From Longimicrobium sp. (GTDB taxonomy: Bacteria; Gemmatimonadota; Gemmatimonadetes; Longimicrobiales; Longimicrobiaceae), in contig DASVTZ010000177.1 of assembly GCA_036387335.1 (NCBI GenBank), positions 2,413 to 66,412 on the forward strand: a DNA stretch of 64,000 nucleotides, written 5' to 3'. A program made the translations under genes and the position numbers. The notes beneath the pieces were generated by a model. That model made no database searches and was not told the DNA's origin. It worked only from the letters and a program-made list of their open reading frames with translations. This document shows positions 55,953 to 64,000 of the stretch, in pieces. Position 1 is the first letter of the stretch. Each line of letters begins with the position of its first letter.

Positions 55953-58487
55953 ATGACCGAGCACGGCAACATCGATCCGGCAGAGAGGAAGGAGCTGGAG
56001 GAACGGGCGTCGGTCGAGCCGGAGCAGGGGGCGATCCGGGGGGACGTGCCGGACGGGGAGCAGGCCAACGCGTGGGAGAGCGCCAAGATCGGCCTCGCCA
56101 GCGAGGGCGGGGTGCGGCGCGAGATGGCACGCGCCGGAGAGCCCCCCGCCACGGCCGCAGACGAGGCGTTCCACGGCCGTGTCCACGCGCAGCCGCCGGC
56201 GGAGCACACCGGGCTGCGCCTGGGCGACGTGCAGAAGACCGCCGCCGGCATCAACGCCGTGCGCGTGGCGATGAAGTACACGCTCGCCGAGATGGGCGCC
56301 GCGGACGGCGCGCGCATGCTCCAGAAGCTGAACCAGGAGGGCGGCTTCGACTGCCAGAGCTGCGCGTGGCCCGATCCGCCCGCCGGCGAGCGGCCGGCGT
56401 TCGCGGAGTACTGCGAGAACGGCGCAAAGGTCACCGCCGAGGAGAACACGCGGAAGCTGATCGACCCCGACTTCTTTCGCCGCTACAGCGTCGCCGAGCT
56501 GTCCGAGAGGTCCGACTACTGGCTGGCGAAGCAGGGGCGCATCGACCGGCCGATGGTGCTGCGCGAGGGCGCCACGCACTACGAGCCGATCGGCTGGGAA
56601 GAGGCGATCGGGCTGGTGGCGAAGGAGCTACGGGCGCTGGACTCGCCGGACGAGGCGGCGTTCTACACATCCGGGCGCACCGCCAACGAGACGGCGTTCC
56701 TCTACCAGCTCTTCGTGCGGCACTTCGGCACCAACAACCTGCCGGACTGCAGCAACATGTGCCACGAGTCCAGCGGCAGCGCCCTCACCGACTCCATCGG
56801 CATCGGCAAGGGTACGGTGACGCTGGACGACGTGCATCACGCCGACCTGCTGATCAGCATCGGCCAGAACCCGGGATCGTGCCACCCGCGCATGCTCACG
56901 GCGCTCCAGCGGCTGAAGCGCAACGGCGGCAAGATCATCGCCATCAACCCCCTCCCCGAGACGGGGCTGAACCACTTCAAGCACCCGCAGGACCTCAAGC
57001 ACCCCGGCCGCATCCTCAGCGTGCTGGTGGGCGACGGCACCCCCATCGCCGAGTTCTTTGTGCCGGTGCGCATCGCGGGCGACGTGGCGCTCCTCAAGGG
57101 CGTGCTCAAAGAGATGCTGGAGGAGGAGGAGCGGCGCCCCGGCACCGTTTTCGACCACGAGTTCATCCGCACCCACACGCACGGCTACGAGGCCTTCGTC
57201 GAGGACCTGCGCGCCGAAAGCTGGGACCTCATCATTGAGCAGAGCGGGGTGGAGCGCGCGCAGATCCGCACCGTGGCCGAGATGGTGATGCGGCACGAGC
57301 GCATCATCGTGGCGTGGGCGATGGGGCTCACGCAGCAGCCGGACGCGGTGAGCGCCATCCAGGAGATCGTCAACCTGCTGCTGCTGAAGGGGAGCATTGG
57401 GAAGAAGGGGGCGGGCGCGCTCCCCGTGCGCGGCCACAGCAACGTGCAGGGCGACCGCACGGTCGGGATCTGGGAACGGATGCCGGACCGGTTCCTGGAC
57501 GCGCTGAAGAGGGAGTTCGGCTTCAACCCGCCGCGCCACCACGGCTACGACACCGTGGAGACAATCAAGGCGATGCACGCTGGGAAGGTGAAGGTGTTCT
57601 TTGGGATGGGCGGCAACTTCCTTTCGGCCGGGCCGGACACGGAGTACACCGCCGCCGCCATGCGCCGCTGCCGCCTGACCGCGCATGTCTCCATCAAGCT
57701 CAATCGCGGCCACCTGGTGACGGGGAGGCAGGCGCTCATCCTCCCCACCATCGGCCGCGCCGAGCGCGACGTGCAGCTCACGGGCGAGCAGTTCGTGACC
57801 GCCGAGAACTCGATGGGCGTGGTGCGCACGTCGCGCGGCGTGCTGGACCCCGCATCGCCGCACCTGAAGAGCGAGCCCACCATCGTCGCGCTCCTGGCCA
57901 CCGCCACGCTCGGAGCGCGCAACCGGGTGGAGTGGTACTCGCTGATCGCCGACTACGGCCGCATCCGCGACCTGATCGAGCGGGTGATCCCCGGCTTCGA
58001 GGGCTACAACCGCCGCCTGCGCGAGCACGGGGAGCTCGTCCTCCCCAACCTTCCGCGCGACCGCCGCGAGTTCAGCACCACCACGGGGAAGGCCAACTTC
58101 ACCGTGCACCGCATCCAGCCGGTGAAGCTGGAGCCGGGGCAGCTGGTGATGATGTCGATGCGCAGCCACGACCAATTCAACACCACCGTCTACGGCCTGG
58201 ACGACCGCTATCGCGGCATCTACAACGAGCGCCGCGTCGTGATGATGAACCCAGAGGACATCCGCGAGCTGGGCCTGGCCGCGGGCGACGTGGTGGACCT
58301 GACGAGCCATTTCCGCGGGGAGGAGCGGGTGGCGCGGCGCTTCATCGTGGTGAGCTACCCCATCCCCCGCCGCTGCGCCGCCACCTACTATCCCGAGACC
58401 AACGTCCTGGTCCCCATCGGCAGCGTCGCCGCGCGCAGCAACACGCCGACCTCGAAGTTCGTGATCATCACGGTGGCGAAGGCGTGA
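55953..58487 (+). CDS. FdhF/YdeP family molybdopterin oxidoreductase
   Basis: GFDCQSCAWPD..EYCENGAK, YTSGRT, PDCSNMCHESSG, RGHSNVQG, RSHDQFNTT. Confidence 0.93.
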   Translation: MTEHGNIDPAERKELEERASVEPEQGAIRGDVPDGEQANAWESAKIGLASEGGVRREMARAGEPPATAADEAFHGRVHAQPPAEHTGLRLGDVQKTAAGINAVRVAMKYTLAEMGAADGARMLQKLNQEGGFDCQSCAWPDPPAGERPAFAEYCENGAKVTAEENTRKLIDPDFFRRYSVAELSERSDYWLAKQGRIDRPMVLREGATHYEPIGWEEAIGLVAKELRALDSPDEAAFYTSGRTANETAFLYQLFVRHFGTNNLPDCSNMCHESSGSALTDSIGIGKGTVTLDDVHHADLLISIGQNPGSCHPRMLTALQRLKRNGGKIIAINPLPETGLNHFKHPQDLKHPGRILSVLVGDGTPIAEFFVPVRIAGDVALLKGVLKEMLEEEERRPGTVFDHEFIRTHTHGYEAFVEDLRAESWDLIIEQSGVERAQIRTVAEMVMRHERIIVAWAMGLTQQPDAVSAIQEIVNLLLLKGSIGKKGAGALPVRGHSNVQGDRTVGIWERMPDRFLDALKREFGFNPPRHHGYDTVETIKAMHAGKVKVFFGMGGNFLSAGPDTEYTAAAMRRCRLTAHVSIKLNRGHLVTGRQALILPTIGRAERDVQLTGEQFVTAENSMGVVRTSRGVLDPASPHLKSEPTIVALLATATLGARNRVEWYSLIADYGRIRDLIERVIPGFEGYNRRLREHGELVLPNLPRDRREFSTTTGKANFTVHRIQPVKLEPGQLVMMSMRSHDQFNTTVYGLDDRYRGIYNERRVVMMNPEDIRELGLAAGDVVDLTSHFRGEERVARRFIVVSYPIPRRCAATYYPETNVLVPIGSVAARSNTPTSKFVIITVAKA

Positions 58488-58880
58488 GGGGCCCTCACCC
58501 CCGTCTCGTTACACTCGACTGCCCCCTCTCCCGATAACAGGAGAGGGCTGCGCCCTCGCCGTTATCGAGAGAGGGGGCTTGCGTGCGGTTCGGCGGGTTT
58601 GTGCGCGCGCAGAGGGCCCCCTCCCCCCGGCCCCCTCCCCCGCCTGCGGGGGCGCAGGGCGGGTGAGGGGGAGAACTGCACAGATCCCGTAGGGGCGCGA
58701 TTCATCGCGCCCGCCCTTTCCGCCGCGCCGATCACCGCGGTTCCGCACGAATATCTGTAGGGGCAGACCTGCGTGTCTGCCCACCGTTTCCTCCGCGCCA
58801 ACCCCCGCAAACACGCACCGTCACATGTAGGGGCCGCCCCATGTGGCTGCCCGTGCCCGCCCCCACGACAATCTCCGCTA
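58488..58880 (+). repeat. Composite repeat cassette (two hairpins plus REP A-B-C)
   Basis: REP A at 58689, B at 58757, C at 58827; hairpins matching those at 10079 and 21418. Confidence 0.85.
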
Positions 58881-58899
58881 CCGCAACCCGCTCCAACCA

Positions 58900-60333
58900 T
58901 CACGCATTCGGCGCCGCTAGCGGCCGGCGCAGGGCTGCGCGGGCTGCGTAGTACCCGCACATGCCGTGGACGGCACCGCCGGGAGGCGTGGAAGCGGAGC
59001 ACATAAACAGCCCGTCCACCGGCGTGGAGTACGGGTTGCGGCGGAAGGCGGGGCGGAAGAAGACCTGCCGCAGGGTCATGGCGCCCGCGCTGATGTCGCC
59101 GCCCACCAGGTTCGGGTTGTGGCGCTCCAGCGCGGAGGGCGGCATCACGCTACGCGCCAGCACCACGTCGCGGAAGCCGGGGGCGAAGCGCTCGATTTGC
59201 GCCTCGATGGCCTCCGTCATGTCCACGTCGCGGCCGAAGGGGACGTGGCAGTACGCCCACGCGACGTGCTTCCCCTCCGGTGCGCGCGTCGGGTCGAAGA
59301 GGGTGGGCTGCACCAGGAGGACGAAGGGCTTCTCCGGAACCTGGCCGGCGAGGGGCGCGTGCTCCGAGGCGGCGATCTCGTCCAGGGTGCCGCCGAGGTG
59401 CACGGTGGCGGCGCGGCGGCACTCCGGGGAGCGCCAGGGGATCGGCTCGGAGAGCGCCCAGTCCATCTTGAACGACCCCGCGCCGTACTGGTATCGCTCC
59501 AGCGCCCCGCGATAGCGCGCCGGCAGCCGGTGCCCGGCGATGCGCAGCACCTGCCGCGGGGTCAGGTCCAGGAGGATGGTGCCGACCCCTCGCAGCTCGT
59601 CCACGTCGTCCACGGGCGCGCCGGTGACGATCTCGCCCCCAAGCGAGCGGAAGTACGACGCCAGTGCCGTGGCGATGCTCCGCGACCCGCCGCGCGCGAT
59701 CGGCCATCCCACCGCGTGCCCCGCCGCCGCCAGCGTCAGCCCGAACGCCGCAGTGGGCGACTGCGTCAGCGGGACCATGGAGTGGGCGGCGTTGCCCGCG
59801 AAGAGCGCGCGTGCGCGATCGCCGCGGAAGGCGCCCTTCGCCACGCCGTACGCTGGGCGCACGGCGGTGAGGCCGAAGCGGGCGAGGAGAAAGGGGTGGT
59901 CGGGGAACTCCAGCGGCCCCAGCACGTCCTCCGCCAGCGTCAGCCAGCGCTCCGTCCAGAAGCCGAGCAGCTTCTTCCACGCGCGCGCATCGGGGCCGAG
60001 CGTGGCGCCGGTGGCCTCGATGGAGCGCTCCAGCATCGCCACGGCGCCGTCGTCGAACGGGTGCGCGAGGCAGGCGGGGGAGTGCACCCACTCCAGCCCG
60101 TGCTCCTCAAGCGGCAGGGTGCGGAAAAAGGGGGAAGAGAGGGCGAGCGGGTGCACGATGGAGCAGACGTCGTGCAGGTAGCCGGGGAGCGTCAGCTCTT
60201 CGGTGCGCATCCCGCCGCCGATGGTGTCCGCCGCCTCGCGTACGACGACGGAGCGCCCCGCCCGCGCCAGCGCGATCGCCGCCGACAGCCCGTTGGGACC
60301 AGAGCCCACCACCACCGCGTCCGGAACGCTCAC
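58900..60333 (-). CDS. Phytoene desaturase-like FAD-dependent oxidoreductase
   Basis: VVGSGPNGL..GGGMRT, HDVCS, C-terminal SASTPPGGAVHGMCGY. Confidence 0.9.
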   Translation of the reverse strand: MSVPDAVVVGSGPNGLSAAIALARAGRSVVVREAADTIGGGMRTEELTLPGYLHDVCSIVHPLALSSPFFRTLPLEEHGLEWVHSPACLAHPFDDGAVAMLERSIEATGATLGPDARAWKKLLGFWTERWLTLAEDVLGPLEFPDHPFLLARFGLTAVRPAYGVAKGAFRGDRARALFAGNAAHSMVPLTQSPTAAFGLTLAAAGHAVGWPIARGGSRSIATALASYFRSLGGEIVTGAPVDDVDELRGVGTILLDLTPRQVLRIAGHRLPARYRGALERYQYGAGSFKMDWALSEPIPWRSPECRRAATVHLGGTLDEIAASEHAPLAGQVPEKPFVLLVQPTLFDPTRAPEGKHVAWAYCHVPFGRDVDMTEAIEAQIERFAPGFRDVVLARSVMPPSALERHNPNLVGGDISAGAMTLRQVFFRPAFRRNPYSTPVDGLFMCSASTPPGGAVHGMCGYYAARAALRRPLAAPNA

Positions 60334-60350
60334 GTGTGTTCTCCCGGAAA

Positions 60351-60629
60351 GAGGCCCTCACCCCCGCTCGTTCCTCGCTGCCCCCTCTCCCGATAACAGG
60401 AGAGGGCTGCGCCCTCACGTTATCGAGAGAGGGGGCGTGGGTGTGCATCGCCGGCGTCTGGTGCACGCAGGGTGCCCCCTCCCCCCGGCCCCCTCCCCCG
60501 CCTGCGGGGGCGCAGGGCGGGGGAGGGGGCAGACCTGCGGGCGCGGACCGTCCAGCCTCCCCCCTCTCTCGATAACAGAGGCGCCAGCCTCTCCTGTTAT
60601 CGGGAGAGGGGGGTCGGGGGGGTGAGGGC
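60351..60629. repeat. Head-to-head CCCTCACCCC hairpin cassette
   Basis: Forward copy at 60351 identical to 21418; reverse copy ending at 60629 overlaps the hybrid kinase 3' end. Confidence 0.82.
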
Positions 60630-62351
60630 CACCGCCCGCGCCAGCTGCACCACGAAGGTCGTGCCCTCGCCGACGACGCTCTCCACGGAGAGGGTGCCGT
60701 TCATCAGGCGCAGGAGCTCGCGGCTGATGGCGAGGCCCAGGCCCACGCCCTGGCGCGTCTCCGCGTCGGAGTTGCCGGCCTGGATGAAGGGGCTGAAGAT
60801 CGCCTCGATCCGCTCCGGCGGGATGCCGCGGCCGGTGTCGCGCACGCGGATGGCGACGGTGCCGTCGGAGGGGACGCAGTCGAGCACCACGCGGCCGCCG
60901 GGGTCGGTGAACTTGGCGGCGTTGGTCAGCAGGTTCAGGCACACCTGGATCAGCCGCTCGCCGTCGGCCAGCACGTGGAGCGCGGCGTCGGGGGCGCGCA
61001 GCTCCAGCGCCACGCCACGCTTGGCGAAGAGGGGCTGCACCAGCGGACGCAGCTCCTCGATCGTGTCGCGCAGGGGGACCGCCGCGATCTCGATCTGCAC
61101 CTGGCCCGCTTCGAGCCGCGCGAAGCTGAGGATGTCGTTGATCAGGGTGAGGAGGTGCTCCTGCGCGCGGATGATCCGTCCCATCGCCTCGCGCTGCAGC
61201 TCGCTGACGGGGCCCTGCACCCCCATCTCCACGAGCTGCGCGTAGCCGCCGATGGCGTTGAGCGGCGTGCGCAGGTCGTGCGACATGCGCGCCAGGAACT
61301 CGCTCTTGGCCCGGTTCGCCTCCTCGGCGGCGGCGCGGGCCTGGGCGGCGTCTTCGAAGAGGCGCGCGTTGTCGATGGCCACCGCCGCGCGCCGCGCCAG
61401 GTCCTCCGCCAGCGCGACCTGGGCGGGGGTGTAGACGGCGCCCGGGCTGGTGCGCAGGAGGCCGATGGCGCCCAGCACGTGGCCGCGGGCGGCGAGCGGC
61501 ACGAAGAGCCCCGCCTGCGAGCGCAGGGCGCGGAAGACCTCCAGCTCCTCCGCGGTGCGGGCGAGGGTGGCCAGGTGCTCGTCCGGCACCACGGCCACGT
61601 GGCGCACCTCGCCGGAGCGGATGGCGTCGGCCACGTAGCTGGTGGGATGGTCGCGGGTAGGGCGGTAGTGCCGCTCCAGCGCGCGCACCAGCGGCTCCTT
61701 TTCCGGGTCCGCGTGGGCTGCGGCCACGCCGCGGTGCTCCCCGTTCTCCTGGGTGAGGTAGATGACGCAGTAGTCGCCCAGCATGGGGACGGCCAGCCGC
61801 GCCACGGCGCGCAGGGTGGCGTCCATGTCCAGCGAGTCGGCAAGCACGCGGCTGGCCTCGGCCAGGAAGCGGGTGCGCTCGGCGCTGGCGCGCAGCTCCT
61901 CCTGGGCCGCCTGCGTCTCGGCCTCGGCGCGGCGCAGCTCCACGGCGTAGCGCAGGGAGGCCGCCAGCCGCTCGGGGGTGATGCCGTCCTTGGGAAGGTA
62001 GTCCGCCGCGCCGGCCTTCATCAGCGCCACCGCCACCCGCTCGTCGCCCTGGCCGGTAAGCATCACCACCGGCGCGTTCACCCCGGCCGCGCGGATGGAG
62101 CGCAGCAGGGTGAGGCCGTTGCCGCCGGGGAGGTTGTAGTCCAGGAAGACGCAGTCGTACCCGCCGGCCACGGCCAGCGCCAGCGCCTGGGGGACGGCTT
62201 CGGCCTCGTCCACCGCCGCGTCCACCCCCGCGCGCAGGAGCGCACGGCGGATCGCCATCCGGTCCACCCGGTCGTCGTCCACCACAAGGATGCGCAGCCG
62301 CGGCTGCGCATCTTCGGTGGCGACGGCGGGCGGATCCAGCGGCTCGGTCAC
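60597..62351 (-). CDS. Hybrid sensor kinase: receiver-GAF-HisKA-HATPase
   Basis: ILVVDDD..VFLDYNLPGG receiver; GAF; SHDLRTPLN; NLLTNAAKF; GVGLGL. Confidence 0.92.
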   Translation of the reverse strand: MTEPLDPPAVATEDAQPRLRILVVDDDRVDRMAIRRALLRAGVDAAVDEAEAVPQALALAVAGGYDCVFLDYNLPGGNGLTLLRSIRAAGVNAPVVMLTGQGDERVAVALMKAGAADYLPKDGITPERLAASLRYAVELRRAEAETQAAQEELRASAERTRFLAEASRVLADSLDMDATLRAVARLAVPMLGDYCVIYLTQENGEHRGVAAAHADPEKEPLVRALERHYRPTRDHPTSYVADAIRSGEVRHVAVVPDEHLATLARTAEELEVFRALRSQAGLFVPLAARGHVLGAIGLLRTSPGAVYTPAQVALAEDLARRAAVAIDNARLFEDAAQARAAAEEANRAKSEFLARMSHDLRTPLNAIGGYAQLVEMGVQGPVSELQREAMGRIIRAQEHLLTLINDILSFARLEAGQVQIEIAAVPLRDTIEELRPLVQPLFAKRGVALELRAPDAALHVLADGERLIQVCLNLLTNAAKFTDPGGRVVLDCVPSDGTVAIRVRDTGRGIPPERIEAIFSPFIQAGNSDAETRQGVGLGLAISRELLRLMNGTLSVESVVGEGTTFVVQLARAVALTPPTPLSR

Positions 62352-62764
62352 GGCATCTCCACGAGCGCCCAGTACTTGTTGAGGGAGGCCATCGTCTCGC
62401 AGAAGTTGCTGAAGGTGACGGGCTTCAGCAGGTAACCCGCCACGTGGAGGTTGTACGCCTCCACCTTGTCGCGCTCCGCGTCGGAGGTGGTGAGCACCAC
62501 TACGGGGGTGGGGCTCAGCTCGGGGTCCGCGCGCAGCTCGCGCAGGAACTCGATGCCGTTCATGCGCGGCATGTTGAGGTCGAGCAGTACCAGGCGGCGG
62601 GTGCGCGGCAGCTCGTCGCCGCGCAGCATCTCCAGCGCTTCCAGGCCGTTCCCCGCCACGAAGAGCGGGTTGGAGATGTTCCCCTTTTTGAAGGCGCGGC
62701 GGATGTTCATCACGTCCACCTCGTCGTCCTCCACCAGCAGGATGTTCAGCAGCTTGTCACTCAT
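62348..62764 (-). CDS. Single-domain response regulator (Rcp1-like)
   Basis: ILLVEDDEVD, LLDLNMPRMNG, VVVLTTS, YLLKPV..YW; start at MSDKLL. Confidence 0.92.
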   Translation of the reverse strand: MSDKLLNILLVEDDEVDVMNIRRAFKKGNISNPLFVAGNGLEALEMLRGDELPRTRRLVLLDLNMPRMNGIEFLRELRADPELSPTPVVVLTTSDAERDKVEAYNLHVAGYLLKPVTFSNFCETMASLNKYWALVEMP

Positions 62765-64000
62765 TCCCGGTGCTCTCCTCATGCGCCTGGGGCCACAGGA
62801 AGCGGAACGTGCTCCCCGCTCCCTCTTCCGATTCCACCCACACCCGCCCGCCGCGGCTCTCCACCAGCTTCTTGACGATGGAAAGCCCGATCCCCGTTCC
62901 CTCCACCTTGTCGCGCGCTTCGAGCATCTGGAAGATCCCGAAGATGCGCTCGTGGTACTCCGGCGCAATCCCGGGGCCGTTGTCGATGACGGCGAACTCG
63001 CACATCCCCTCCGCCGACTCGCGCGACTCCACCCGCACCAGCGGCGCGCCGCCGCGCGCGTACTTCACCGCGTTGCCTATCAGGTTCATGAAGACCTGCT
63101 GCAGCGGCAGGCGCTCGGTGTGCACCACGGGCATGCCGGCGGCCACCTCCACGCGCACCCCCTCGGGCGGCGCAATCAGCTCCACCACTTCCTCCACCAG
63201 CTCCGCCGTGTCCACCCGCACCGCGCGCTCCTTCATCCGCCCGGCGCGCGAGTACTGCAGGATTCCCTCGATCAGCCCCTCCATGCGGTGCACCCGGCCG
63301 CGCAGCAGCTCCAGGTGCTCCTTCACCTCGGGGCCCACCACGCCCTCCAGGTCTTCCTCGATCCAGGTGGAGATGTTGCTGATCCCCCGCAGCGGCGCCT
63401 TGAGGTCGTGGCTGGCGACGTAGGCGAACTGGTCCAGCTCGCGGTTGCTGGTCTCCAGGGCGCGCGCGGTCCGCGCCAGCTCCTGGGCTTTGCGCTCCAC
63501 TTCCTGGCGGGCGTGCACCTGGTCGGTGACGTCCACGGCGTGGATCAGGATCCCCCCCACCGAGCCGTCGGCGTCGGGGAGGGCCTGGAAGACGAAGTTG
63601 AAGAACCCCTCTTCCAGCTTCCCCTGCCCCGTGCGGTCCAGCAGGGCGGGGGTCTCGTTGCCCACGTGGGGCTCGCCGGTGGCGTAGACGCCGTTCAGCA
63701 TCTCGATGAAGCCCTGCTCCACCACCTCCGGGATGGCCTCGCGCAGCTTCTTCCCCACCAGCGGGCGCCCTCCCATGAGCGACACGTACGGGCGGTTCGC
63801 CATCTCGAAGACGAAGTCCGGCCCGCGCAGAACGGCGATCATCGCCGGCGCCTGCTGAAAGACGGTGCGCAGGCGCGCGCGCTCCAGGCCCAGCTCCCGG
63901 ATCAGGCTCTCGCGCTCTTCCTGGGCGCGGCGCTCCGCGTCCACGTCGTCCAGCACCACGAGCGCGCTGGTGACGGCGCCGCGCGCGTCGCGCAGCGGCA
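62757..64000 (-). CDS. PAS sensor histidine kinase (5' end beyond the window)
   Basis: PAS (QQAPAMIAVLRGPDFVFEMAN); ELDQFAYVASHDLKAPLRGI; NLIGNAVKY; GTGIGL; frame stays open to the window edge. Confidence 0.9.
   Translation of the reverse strand, partial: PLRDARGAVTSALVVLDDVDAERRAQEERESLIRELGLERARLRTVFQQAPAMIAVLRGPDFVFEMANRPYVSLMGGRPLVGKKLREAIPEVVEQGFIEMLNGVYATGEPHVGNETPALLDRTGQGKLEEGFFNFVFQALPDADGSVGGILIHAVDVTDQVHARQEVERKAQELARTARALETSNRELDQFAYVASHDLKAPLRGISNISTWIEEDLEGVVGPEVKEHLELLRGRVHRMEGLIEGILQYSRAGRMKERAVRVDTAELVEEVVELIAPPEGVRVEVAAGMPVVHTERLPLQQVFMNLIGNAVKYARGGAPLVRVESRESAEGMCEFAVIDNGPGIAPEYHERIFGIFQMLEARDKVEGTGIGLSIVKKLVESRGGRVWVESEEGAGSTFRFLWPQAHEESTGNE

Noticed and set aside
55953-58487. 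Selenocysteine-containing formate dehydrogenase
   Set aside because: No in-frame TGA; the Mo-ligand position is Cys (NMCHESS), typical of the YdeP/FdhF-like subgroup
62757-64000. Bacteriophytochrome
   Set aside because: Only PAS and kinase domains are visible; no GAF-PHY or chromophore motif within the window

Overview
A 64 kb stretch of a very GC-rich bacterial chromosome. Gene content and style suggest Gemmatimonadota (Longimicrobium-like); this is inference. Housekeeping and metabolic genes: thyX split by an HNH-containing intein, leuS, cNMP-domain aspA, pabB-pabC fusion, corA, two DsbA plus VKOR, topoisomerase IB, two S9 peptidases, an FdhF/YdeP oxidoreductase and several PAS/GAF histidine kinases (one frameshifted). 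The window also has three stand-alone type II toxin-antitoxin pairs and many intergenic palindromic repeats, including polarised GTAG-REP arrays with a ~70 bp period. The centre holds a 19-gene tRNA cluster (36393-38278, none encoding CCA). Directly downstream is the best candidate for an undescribed system: an AT-richer TIR-DUF4268 gene divergent from a six-gene operon. The operon encodes vWA, Ser/Thr kinase-FHA, a disordered Thr-rich FHA protein, Zn-ribbon-FHA, a PP1-like PPP phosphatase and a Zn-ribbon/2-TM protein, and looks like a phosphorylation-controlled conflict/defence or stress-signalling module. All family assignments come from motif recognition by eye; no database searches were run.
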